A stretch of DNA of 64,000 nt from Gordius albopunctatus (Eukaryota), in NCBI GenBank assembly GCA_964276515.1, contig OZ193909.1:372001-436000 (forward strand). The letters are read 5' to 3'. The notes beneath the pieces are model-generated. The model did no database searches. It worked only from the letters and a program-made list of their open reading frames with translations, and was not told where the DNA came from. Positions 1 to 12,700 of this stretch are shown piece by piece. The stretch's first letter is position 1; each line of letters begins with the position of its first letter. Position numbers and translations under genes: made by a program.

Positions 1-117
1 TTTTTTTTCTAAAAGTTTAAGTGACAATAGCGTAAAAATAATAAAATACTATAAGTGAAATTCCAACAAATATTTATTTATATTCAATAACAATATAGAA
101 ATGATATAAATTGAGAA

Positions 118-2300
118 TCAATATCGACGATTTTAGATAGAAAAGCATTTACAACATCTTTGGTTTCAGGAGTATATTGCCTGTGTACATAGAGCAACGT
201 TTCCGGTAAGTCTGAAATTAAAAATAAATAAAGCCGTTTAGTTTACATTTCTTGTCCAATTGTGCTTCTAAGATATGTTTTAAGTCTTTTTAGCACTGTA
301 AAACACCGCTCATTATAGCACGTTGTCGCAGGTAAAGTAGCTAATATATGGTAAAGAATTTTAATATTAGGATAAAAATCTAGTTTGGAGGCATGATTGT
401 ATAAGGTATCCAATGCATTCCTAAATAATATATCTGAATTGGAGTTTTTAACGGATGAATACCACGATTTAATATCGGATTCAAACTGCTCTTCTGATCC
501 TTCAAGATCATCTTCATAAAATTTAGCTAATATTAAAAAATTATTTAATATTTGAGGGGTGAGCTGAACGGTGTGTTTAATAAAGAGGGTATCAAATTCT
601 ATAAGTATTTGTTGGTTTTTAGTGAATCGTTCATCTAATTCAGCTAAAACAAAATCCAAAAAGGGATTGTACAATGAGATCCTGTAATAGGCTTCGGGGC
701 ATGTTGTCTCTATATTGGACCTTAATGTTTGAAGGGACGTCCTTCTAGGAATAGTGATGAAAAAATCATGACTCTTTCCAAATGTTTAAACATTGGTGAT
801 AGATCAATGTTAATCGTTTGCAAATAGTTTCTTAGATGTATTGTATAAGAAAACACTTGATTCAACATATAAAGAGACAACCAAAATTGACCTTGTTTCA
901 ATGATGAAAGTAGAATCATTGCATTCGATGATGATTCTACATCATCCCATTCACAAATCTTTTCGAGTGTAGTGAAAATGGCTTCTTTAAATTCATAAAA
1001 TCTTTTGACAGCATTATGTTTTTGAGTCCACCTTGTTTCACAAAGTGTTAATTTAGATTATTTTGGATTATAAAAACAAATTAAATATAAAAACAATCAT
1101 AATCTTACCCATACAATTCATAATCTTAGAAATCTTGCAAGAATCTTTAATTGCTAAATTTATATTGTGCGATGCACAATGAATATATATAGCCTTGGGG
1201 CACACATATTTAAACAAAGTCTGCAACCCATTTTTAGAGCCACTCATCACTGGGGCTGCATCATAACCCTGCTCTTTGAATTTTGTAATGTCAATTTTAA
1301 GATCTTTAAGAGTCTGCATCACAACTTCAAACATCCCCGTTGCTGACATATCCTTGATCTTGATATATTCTAAAAAACGGATAACGACGATCATTTGTTC
1401 TTGTGTTGAGATATCCGTTGTTTCATCCAAGAGAAGTGAAAAAAAGGGTGACTTATTAATTTCTGCAACTATTTTTGTTTAAATATGTTGTTTAATAATA
1501 TACATTAATTCATTTTGTATAGCAGGTGAGAGGTAATTAACATTTTTTGGGCATTCTTTTAAATCAGTTTTCACTTTCTCGCTGAACTTTGATAGTAAAA
1601 CCAAGAGCTCCCTGAAATTCCCTTTATTACTATCCTTTATCCTGGGATTTTCAACTGGTAACAGGCCATAATCACGGTGACCTATTAAAAAGAGCCTATA
1701 CTAGACATTTAGATTAAAATACCCCTCAATGCAATTCATTGCCTGCCACAGAACACTATAGCTTTCGTTATAGTATATAATGCTTCCCTTATTTTAGTGT
1801 AATAGAATTTTCTTTTATTTGAAATAACCAGGTCAATTGACTGTTTTTTGTTAATATAAATATCTTCAAGCGAGTTGATAATCTCGACTGCATGCAAATG
1901 ATAATTATTTTGTGAATGGTTATTGAATGTTTGTATTCCATTTTGGAACCTGTTAAAAGCACAAACTGTGATTTAAAAACTAGCAATTTATCTAACCTGT
2001 TATAAGCATTAACAGTTAAACTATTTAAATTTTGAACGCCTTTTCCACCCGTAACTTTCCCTGCAAGTACACAATACTTACAAAAAGCTCTTCCGAGCTT
2101 TTTGCAATAACATAAACATGGACATTGTTTAAACCACTGATATTGAAATTTTAAATTACGAGTTCCACATTTAGGAAACTCGAAGCTTTCATTAGGTTGC
2201 CAGATTAATTTAAAAACTCTAAATTCCTCCATCCCAATCAAATTTGAGTAAATATAATTGCCTATGTCATGGTTATCTTAAGTATTGAATATATTTTGAA
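118..2300 (-). pseudogene. Decayed hAT-family (ZMYM1/THAP12-like, DUF4371 + hAT dimerisation domain) transposase
   Basis: Fragments in the expected order: TTF-type zinc finger (FQYQWFKQCPCLCYC...AFCKYC), DETTDISTQEQM..IRF, GYDAAPVMSGSKNGLQ, YIHCASHNINL, and dimerisation domain FYPNIKILYHILATLPATTCYNERCFTVLKRLKTYLRSTIGQE. Multiple frameshifts and stops. A possible element terminus CTATACGCCAATG lies at ~2817-2830. Confidence 0.85.
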
Positions 2301-3018
2301 TGTTATCCTCACTAATATCTATTTTAGACTTCACACTGGCAGTATCTAGAAAAGTTAGTGTTTGATTATCCTTTCCTCTTCTTCTTGCCCTCTTACAGAA
2401 TTAGTACTACTATCATTTTCTAAAAAACTAAATTCTAGATAGAGTGAGTTTGAAGAAAGAGTAAATGGATTGGTCTTTAAACATCCTCTTTTTCTTTTTC
2501 TCCTACTGAATTAGTACTATCATTTTTTTAACTAAATTAAAATAATTTGTAAATAACCCTGGCTACTACTTTTCTCCTTCGAAAAAGTTAATTTTTTAGG
2601 GAAGTAGTTATAAATAGAATATCGTTTCATATTAAAATTTCGGAAATGGGATGGGATGGGAGCTATTTATCTAAAATTTAAATTTCGAATAAAATTTATA
2701 AATTTTGAAGATAAAAAAATAGAAAAAGCAACAAAATAATTTATAAAATATAATTATCAGTAATATTATATTATTTAAAACTCATGGGTAGTGTTACAAC
2801 CTTAGAACAACCCTCTCTATACGCCAATGAAAGAGTAATATGTTGTCTATAATCTAGTATAATATAATCTTGTGTTTCAAGTCATTTTTTAAAGTTCTAA
2901 ACAGACCGCAAATTTCAAATAGAATATATGATTCTAATTAGCATATGGCATCTTAAATAATGTATTCTGGAAGCAAAATATTGTCCGCAATATCTATATT
3001 ATTAAATATCCTCTTCAG

Positions 3019-6000
3019 CCAATCCGATATATCCGAATTTCCACTCCAGATATTAGTAAATATTATTTTAAATTTTGGTTTTTAATTTATATTCCTTTAA
3101 TGTTTATATAAAGCGTTATGTCTGACACTTAATAAGAATATTTTAAAATCTAGGATTCTGGATTGCTGGAATTTGATCCCCTTTCAGCCATCTCACTAAA
3201 TTTTTGTAAGATAATGATTACTTTTAAAAATCAATTTGTTCCAAAAAAATTATTTGAATTTAATTGTATAATTTGTTTCATTAATAGTAAACAGGACAAA
3301 ACCAAATATTTTTTTTTAATAATATCGAATATTTTAATATACCACTTTTAATAAATAAAAATTTTGAAAATATTATCTTGCTATCATTTAAAAGTTAACC
3401 TTTTATAAAAAATGTATTTATTATATAATAATTATATTAAAAAGTCATGTAGATTAAATAGCACTAATTTTAAATGTCAACTACACGATAAATAAGCTTT
3501 ATTATTTTTTAATAATATATAATAAAATAGGATTATATACTATAATTATTCATAAGTTAAGATTTGCCAAATGCACCGATTTATTGATTTATTGCCTAAA
3601 AAATTAATTAACAAAACTCTTAAAAGCAAACTTTAAAGAAGTTTGTAAAAATTGCGTAATTATTCGTTTCTTAATTTACAATTTTTGACCTTTACTATCC
3701 TTGATTTTCCCTTGAGCAGGCGCGTCGAGTTTTCAAAAGAGTCTATAATATTCAAGAGGTAGGAATTTAATAAGTCCACATAATTGTTTTACACGAATTA
3801 TTAAGAGTCTCTTAAACTAGCTCTGCTGAATGATATTATTTTATTTTACCCAGATATAAAAGTATTAAATATTAGACCGAAAACCATAATGATCGAGGGA
3901 AGGATGGTCTCATGCTGTTTGACGATTATGCCGGGGGATGTCGATTGCGAAGTTATTTCTAAAATATTCCAAAATAATATTGATTTGATTACTTTGCTAA
4001 AAATTAATTATCCTTAAAATATAAAAGGTACAATTTTATCTTTGACTTAAATATTCCTTTAACAAAAAGTTTAAAATTATTTAATCGAATTATAACTCTG
4101 GAGATCAATGAAATTAAATTTTCAAAATATTATTTTTAATTGATATAGTCTATGAAACTACTAACGAGTGAACGTTTGCTTCTAGGCCCCAATGCCACTG
4201 GTACTGTTCATTTGGCCTATATAAATTTTGTAATACATGATATATATATATATATATAACTATTTTATTCATATTTACAGCTCCTTTCTCGAATTTTTAT
4301 GTAGTGTCCAAAAGGACTACAAATTAATTGATTAATTGATAAGGATGTAAGATAAGGCTAAATGCAGACATCGATGATAGGTTACGTAACACTCGAGTAG
4401 AGAAAAGAGGCGATAAAAACTATTGAAATTATTTAATTTTAATGCATGCATAATAAGGAAGGCTGTTATAAATTATACTTGCCTTCACAAATTAACTACC
4501 CGATGTTCCTATTGTGATTACAGGTGTTTTGATCCGATCCGAGGGGTTTTTGAAAATCAAAATTTAATTAAAATTTTACCAACAGAACTTTTTATTGATG
4601 ATTAAATTCAAAATACATAAAAATAAGGTATAGCAATTTTAATAGATCTGAAATAAATATAAAATTTTATTTGAATAATTCCATATTATCATATAAAAAT
4701 ACGGGAAATGCTGATTTATCATTGACACTAGCTCCTTTCTCGCCAAACAAGAAAGTCTAGCTAGGGAAAAACGCTAGGGAAATACTGATAAATATATTTG
4801 GGTAAGTAAGGGGTGAGAAGTGGTATTGGGCATCAAAAATGGTGAAATAAAAAAAGAATGCAAAAATAATTATGAAAAGGTATACTAAAAATTATTTATT
4901 TAATTAATTATTATTGTTTACTTTAAATTTGGAAATCGGATCCGATCCGACCTCCAAAATTAAAATGTTGATCCGTGCACACCTCTATATTAATTAAGTC
5001 CCGAAATCTTATAACCTCTCAACAGATAATCAATCTAGCAATAGTCCTTTCAAATTTTTAATTTAAATAGATTCTATATATTACTAACTTACTATGCTTA
5101 ACATTTGCAATTGATTCATTCATCGCCAATGAAATGACGGCACCCGGTCAAAATAGCAGAAAAATAGGAGCCAAATGATTGGTCAATAAATCGATAAATA
5201 TTGGGTTGGGTTGGGAATACATCAGAAATTCCCTCCCCCCCCCATTTGAGATTTAATTCTAATATCTTGATTATTTAAAAAAATATTTTTCCGCTACTTT
5301 TACATAATTCTGCTACTTTGACTGGTATTCGAAATGACATTACGAGAAAAGAGCTGATGACATATTGAGTTTTTAATTTATTTTAAACAAAATCTTTTTT
5401 TGGGCCACAGTACGTAATTGATCGAAAGGGCAAATGCGTAGTGGAGATTGTTCATTCTATAACATATAGCATGAAGCATACGATGCGTTTTGATACAAAA
5501 AATTCGAAAAGGACACATTTAGCACCTAACATAGATGACGATTTAGATGAGATGGATGCTAAAGAGAGCGAAAATTCTTGGATCAGTGAAATGTATCAAT
5601 ACTTTTTCGGTGGAGGTTATTATTTTATCAAAATGCAAAAATATTTTACAAATACTTTTTTGAATCCCGTTTAAAATAAATGATAAAACGTGAAAATTTA
5701 ATACTAGTTTGCTATTTTCAAAATAAAATATTTATTCGGGCGTTTGTATAGTAATCTATCAACGCCTTCTCATTCTTAAAGCTAATCGACATTGTGAACG
5801 AGTTGTCACATAATGATCAAATAGAGCCTGTTCCGGTAGGTCAATACTTAACTTCTTAGCTTCTCAATTTAAATACACCTATTTGGATCAAACCTCAAAT
5901 CACTTAACATAATACTTATCCTTGTTATTCAACGCATACACTTTAACCCATTCACATTATTATGTATGATTTCACTTTTATACACTTGTCTAAATTAATA

Positions 6001-8941
6001 TAGTAAATAAAGTACATAACTATTTATCAACAGAGTCTGACCGTAAAATGGGATGTGAATCTGTTGATTTGGATCGATTCCACAATTGCATCCCGGTAGA
6101 TTGCTCGGTGAAGTATGTCGGCCACCGTAATCATTTCAACACACTCACAAAAATGTGTGAAAAAGTGCCTATATGTTCAAATCAAGGAGGACCCGGCAAA
6201 CAGCACATAGTAACAAAATTACATTGATTAAATTCGTAAGTTTTTTTTTGTGAATAATAGAGGGAAAGTGTTAACCTCTCGAAATTTGAGGAATGTCTGA
6301 ATTTAAGATGGCGACTGTTTCCCCCTTACTAGGAGGCCTTGCTGCCCTATGATATTCTAAAATCGCATCCATGATGCAAAAAGATGCATTTTTACTTTTC
6401 CCCAAATTATGAAATATTTATTCCAAAGGAATCATTTTTTTTGTTAAGTCACATTAAAATTAATTTTGTGTGTATTTTCAGCAACTAAGCACTCGAGGAC
6501 CTAGTTAAGTTATTTGAACTTATGTGTTAGGATAGAAGGGGGCTAAATTTTAAATTTGGCATTGTATCATCATAGTCCGAAATTTAAAAAAGGTTAAATT
6601 AATTAAGAGGGGGCAAATAAACTATTGATTTTATTTTATATTGGATAGTTATTTATGCAAATCCTCTGTAATAAGTTTTGAGAGTCAATGTGAGGCAGGG
6701 TCGTACTAATATATTTAAATAATCATTAGTCAAAAGAAGACATTATTCGATAGTAGGGTGAAATTATCAACAAAAATAGGTGTATATATTAGAATGTAAA
6801 GGACAGGCAACACACTCAACCTCTAAGTTTGTAAAGTATTTTTAAATAGGAACGTGTTTAGTCTAGAGACGTTTGCCTTTATTTGCATAGAAAGAAACTT
6901 ATATGGATTGGTAGTTATTATTATAAATGGTTCCAGTTTTTTAACTTTAGGCGTAACTTTTTATTAAAATGTTCCTTCGATATAGTATTATGATGCCAGC
7001 TGTAACTGCTGCAAAGAATTGTCACAGTCGCTGGACGAGATGGAAATGATCGCCCTTGTAAAAACTATACAAGATTCGGCCCATCAGATACATCAGATGA
7101 GTGATTGGCAATCTAATTATCCCAAAGTGGTAATAAATTTCCATGATACCACTACTACCGTTAATCCTTGTTTTTAATGATATGATCTCTTCTTTACCAC
7201 GTATTTGGTCCCACAGTGTCGGGGGGGGGGGTTTGTTTTGACGAGTTTCTTCCATCTTGACCGGGTGAGTGCCATGTCGTGATTAATCTCTTTTGTTTTC
7301 ATAGCTTAGCCAACTTGCCCTTTCCACGTGACCCCGCCACCTCCATGTCAAGTACTTTTCGAGTTGCATCATTTGTCTCCCATCTTAGTATATGCCCAAA
7401 CCACCTTAGCCGCTATAATAATATTAAAATTATTTAACCAAGTTTTATAACAATACATTTTAAAATCGAGGTCTTATCGTTAAGTTTCGATATTGATTTT
7501 TAGGTGAAATAAAATTTTTGATAATTTATATAATTTAATTGAACAGAAACTTGTTAACTGCATACATGGAATCGAAATTTTTGGTGGCCTAAGCTGCGAT
7601 TGTGATGATAGGTGGACAACTTACCCCATTGATTCGAGAAATATAATCCCTGGTAGAGATGTCATAAATATGTGTGACATTCCTGTGAGCAATTACACAA
7701 CTACCCTGGCACCTCCACTCTTCCATACTTTATCAGGACTTCAACCCAAAGGTAATTTAGATGCGGTTGGAATGATGGACAAAGTAAAAAGCATCGTATT
7801 TGGACCTTTAACGACGCCATGGCGTCAGAATTGGACAGTTAAAACGACTTATAAACCCTCTACCAGTACAATCCCCGTGTCAACCTGTCCTTGTGGACCT
7901 GGTAGCAAGATACCGAAAGAAATATGCTCATGTCCAGCAGGTTTTGCGGCCATGATTCCTAAACAGCTGATCCCCGAAATTATGCAAATGTATGGGGAAA
8001 GTGGTCAAAATCCAAATTCAAAAGTTGGCGCTAAAATTAAAAACATTATTGACAGCATAAAGGGTTCCAAGTCTCACTCAAGCAACGGCCTTACTACAAT
8101 CTCTGGCATGAAAGTTTCCAGCAAAGATTCTTCTACAGAGAAATACAAAATTCACATGGCCTTAGCTATAGTTAATATTTTAAAACTATACGAAACCTAC
8201 ATTAATTTACAAAAAACTGTTTATTATATGTATCTATAAATATTATAAGGTATTTCTCATATTGCTCGTAGTTACTGCTATTTTGGCTTACTTTAATTGG
8301 GCCAAGTATTTTGGGACACCGGCTGAAAAGGAAATGTTGCTAGGTTAGAATCCATTGATTTAAATTTCAAAAACAAACAGTTTTGCTTAATAATTTATTT
8401 TATTCCTGTCTTTCTATAACTTTAAAGCTAAGAAAACTACTTCACGACAATACGGAATTGTCAAACAAGATTGTGTTGCCCTGCAAGATGGTCACTTGGA
8501 ATTAAAAAATGGAGATTTAATTGTGGAATTAGGGAATGTAGAAAAGGCAGGCTACATGACGGTACATTATAACTATTATAAAATACTTTCAACTAATTTA
8601 TTTCCAATTTTTTTCTCGTTTTATATACTTTTATGTTCTAATTCAGACAACAACTTAAAGAAAAATTAAAAAAAATTATTTTTGTATAACTATTTGTGCA
8701 GGGAATATCATTGCGTTTGAATCGGAAAGGCATATTCCCTAGCAAGAACGTAGAAATTAAAAATGACACAAATGCGACGGTGGAGGCCTACTATAAAAAC
8801 CCCCCAGGCGCTGCTCCTATTCAAGTTGGACCCATTTCAGGAGAAAACAAAGGAACGAATGAAATTAAAATTGAACCCGTTATTAAGGCTCCGGAACAGC
8901 CTGTGGCTCCGTTAATAGATTTGGGAGCAATCGCAAAATAA
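3019..8941 (+). CDS. Multi-exon single-pass membrane protein: Cys-rich/EGF-like ectodomain, Thr/Pro-rich stalk, TM helix, cytoplasmic SH3 domain
   Basis: Phase-consistent GT-AG exons: 5411-5615, 6034-6209 (GCESVDLDRFHNCIPVDCSVKYVGHRNHFNTLTKMCEKVPIC), 6986-7129 (YYDASCNCCKE), 7547-8170 (LVNCIHG...SCDCDDRWTT...MCDIP), 8250-8343 (TM: VFLILLVVTAILAYFNW), 8428-8561 and 8702-8941 (SH3: QYGIVKQDCVALQDGHLELKNGDLIVELGNVEKAGYMT|GISLRLNRKGIFPSKNVEI). The 5' exons near 3019, 3155, 3720, 3854 and 4167 are tentative, and the start codon was not located. Confidence 0.75.
4278..5356. mobile_element. Putative MITE/non-autonomous DNA transposon in an intron
   Basis: Inverted termini CAGCTCCTTTCTCG (4278) / CGAGAAAAGAGCTG (5343-5356), with a second left-type terminus at ~4729. 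No clear TSD. Confidence 0.4.
7185..7414 (-). mobile_element. 5'-truncated RTE LINE 3' fragment in an intron
   Basis: Similar to the 3' end of the RTE element at 31860-32095 (TTTGGTCCCACA...CCATCTTGACCGGGT...TATGCCCA.ACCACCTTAGCCG). Confidence 0.8.
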
Positions 8942-9505
8942 TTTTAATGATTGCCTATTTGTAAAACTTAGATACGACTTTAAAGAGTTGAAAGTTAATA
9001 AATTTGCAGTTTAAATGTGACATCTCATTTAATGGAATTCTCACACAGGGATTAAAGTCATGGGAATAAATCGTATACATGGTTAAACCAAAATTAAACA
9101 ATTTATTATATTTATTTGGGAAAAGGTTAAGTTTAGTAATTGGATCAGACTCCTAAATTAAATGTTTGGAATAAAATAATCCATGGGAGTAGCCCGGATT
9201 GAATTCAGATGGGGGTGATAATGATTGAGGGATGGGCAACATGATAAATTTTTGGAAATTTAAAGAATTTCTAGATTTGGAGGGGGGGGGGACAGCCGCC
9301 CACCCCCTTAGGCCTATGCAATGATCTGTGTATTAGTGGATATAAGGGTTGAACGCATCCTTTATTAAATCTCTACGAAATAAATTAGACCGAGCCGGAA
9401 GGATTCAAGGTCGATCTCATTAAATTGGAATTCCATTGGTAACAACAAGGTGAAGCGAATAATGTTGTAGTAATGATCAAAAAGTGGTGGTTAGATGGAG
9501 GCAGG

Positions 9506-9565
9506 CATGGGCGTAGACGGGGGGGCGGCTGCCCCCCTCTAAATCAAAAGCTGGCTACGTCCATG
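9506..9565. mobile_element. 60-bp hAT-type MITE
   Basis: TIRs CATGGGCGTAG / CTACGTCCATG and a perfect 8-bp TSD GAGGCAGG (9498-9505, 9566-9573). Confidence 0.85.
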
Positions 9566-9769
9566 GAGGCAGGTATGTATCTATTGGGATGGCCAGGCCA
9601 TCAAATTAACTTCCTGGATCCATTAAATTTGAAATTTTACGACTTATGCCTTATAGTAAAATGCAAAAAATAATAACTATCTCGTCTCTCCCCGTTAATT
9701 CGACAAAATGTTTGGTTAAAATCCAAACACACACAAAAAACAGCACTTTTTCGATCATTTCACTTCTTC

Positions 9770-12700
9770 ATGGCAGCTTCCATGGAGTCTGAGGGATCTC
9801 TATATAAATCTTATTCACAATTAGAAAATGCTAAAGAACTAGGAGCCGCCGGGGATTATACGGGCTGTCGACAAGATTCAAAGTCTTCCAAAAGGACCCA
9901 AAAATCCTCTAAAGAGAACCAAGATCCAACTTGTCAACCTTATAATCATAGAATCAAATGGTGTCGATCTTTCTTGAGTAGACGCGTAGGCTGGGGCATA
10001 CATAAATGCAGACTGAGAACTTTGTTGACCGGCTTAGGGTGCGCTACTTTAGCTTTGGTAGGTATGGCTGTGATGATCATTATTTCTGACGCGTTAAACA
10101 AGAGCAAAAATAGAAATCAAGATTCTATCCAGGTTGCCCTTCCTTGGAGCAATGATTCTTTCACTAAGAACGAAAGTATAAAAATTCCTTGGGATTGGTG
10201 TTACGAACCTTATTGCCTGAAGTTGGCAGCTTACGTGGCTTCTAATATGGCTTATGGACCCTACGAGGCCTCTGATTATAGTAACATATTTGTTATTATT
10301 TTTTTCCTTTTATTTAGTTTTTATGTTGAATTTAAACCTTTTAAAGGGTGTTTGGATTAGTGTTTATAATAGGATAATTTTCACTCAGACAAATCATTGG
10401 GCTCAAAGTTTTAAAACTATAATCGTAATAATAGAAATAAAACCGAAGCCATATTAAAGTTCTAGAAAAGTCTATATTTAAGCTAAATTTTATTGAGGAT
10501 TACATTAATTTTTTATATCTTGATTTGTCTAAAATCTAACTTTTTCGCGTCAGTTTCAGACTATAATTCAAAAGCCCTTAAAAAGATCATCTATTGCTGA
10601 ATAAAAGTGGTTTAACTATAAAAAAATCTTAATTTATTTTTACATATTACATTTCATGATTATCCAAATTAACAAAACCTAACTTTGAGGGTGATGGCGT
10701 CAGTCAAAAAAATTCAACTTTTTAAGAGCATTTTATAATGTTTTATCCCAATAAAATAAAGATATTGATTCCTCATTTTAGTTTCTTCTAAAATAAAAAC
10801 TTTCTCAAAGGGACACTTTTTTAGTTAAGGAAAATATTATGAATTCGAGAGTTTTAAACTTTTAAGTGCTGTAACTTGTTTATCTCTCCCTTTAATTTTT
10901 AAGTGATTTACTTGAAATATATTTGAAAGGACCTAACCTAAAGAGTGATGGTGTCAGTCGAAAGAGAGTTATTAAGCAGCCGGAGCCATGCCAAGATTTT
11001 TACGAATACGCTTGCGGATCATATGAAAAGGAAAATCCAGTTCCGCCCCAAAATGATTTTATGAGCTTATCCGAAGATGCCAGAATTCGAGCCCTACAAA
11101 CCTTAAGGATCCAATTGGAAGACCCGACCCCCCTCCTTCTCGATTCTGACCCCCTAGGGATTGAAGAGGGCTTGCCTAACTTGCCCCGCCCACATTCGGT
11201 CGAGCGAAAGCTCAGAGATATATACAACAATTGCGTGTCACAGGTGCGTGATTTTAATTTTCACTAATGATTATAATTTTCCAATATTTTTTATCCAACT
11301 TAGTTTTAAAAACAATTTCCAAATTTTTTATTTTTTCTATTTTAAAGTTTATAAGTTTTGACATTAGGGAGAAATTGATTCTGAGGGTGGCAAACCATTG
11401 TTGGATACGATGGCTGAAGTTGGGGGCTGGTGGTTGATGGGCGATATCCAGCATGCTTATTGGTCAGAAAATATTGTTGCCAACCAATCAGAAACAGCAA
11501 CTACGACTGAATTTACTCCCGCTATTCAATGGGATTTCCAGAATGCCATCCGTAAATTGACTGTCGATAAAATTGCCGGGGCTTTCTTTGGATTCGATTT
11601 AATTCTGGATTTTAGCCAAAATAAAAGCTATAAAATTACGGTGAGTATTTTAGCTAATTATATTTTTTTAGAAAATTCAATTTCAATTTGTTGGAAGCAA
11701 AACATAAAATAATAATAAAAATCATGTAAAATTGTGGATCAAACATAACTTATTTTTGAATTTAAATTTTATTAATCAATATATTCTAAAATCGATGGGC
11801 TTAGCCAAGGGGGAAGCGGGGGGGACAGGCTGGGCGACTGCTCCTCTCTAAATCCAAAAAATTGTTAAAATGTGTTAAAAGTATGGCTAAAATTTATTAA
11901 AATGTTGATTTTGCCCCTCGCTAAAGCATTATTGCCCCCTCTAATTCCAATGAAACATGTATATTTAATAAAATGGTGCAATAAATTAATAAATTATATA
12001 TTTTAAAATCGGAAACTATGATTCAAATAATGTCCATTTAACTAATAGATTCAAGAAACCGAACCGCTAATACATATAGACATGAAAAGGATAACTAAAG
12101 CTGATGTTGATGTAAGTTTCAATATACCTATTTATAAAATAAAATATTTATTAAAAATAAATATATTTTTTGATATTTTTTATTTATAGAATGCCAAATT
12201 TCTTTTCACAAATTTTTTGATCAAAATCGCTACAGCTTTGGGCAAAGAATCTAAAAAAACTTTTCATCCAGATTTATTTAAATTATTCGCACAAGACGTT
12301 TATTCCGTTGCAACAACTTTACATCCAATAGCCCCCAAAAAATATAGAGTAAATAAATTTTTTAAATTTTAAAATTCTTTTCATATAATTTTTATATTTT
12401 AATTTTATATTTATCGAATAATGAATTGTTTATTATTTTTAAAGAAAAAATAATTATTAATCTTGTATAATTTAGCCAACTGTCGGCGGTGAACACACCA
12501 AGATAAGTATTAGAGAAACCATAAAATCGGTAAATAAATAAATAAATAATTAAATAAATAAAACCTATTTCTGTAGGTTGATTGGAATGAATTTTACAAT
12601 TACGCGCTAAAAGATCCGGAAAATGTATCTTCTATAGATAGTTATGTCACACTAGATCAAGCGAATCATTTCAGAAAAATTGATAATCTTTTGAAAATCT

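Noticed and set aside
7022..7255. Minus-strand 77-aa ORF
   Set aside because: It is a chimera of an RTE fragment and the antisense of a real + strand exon.
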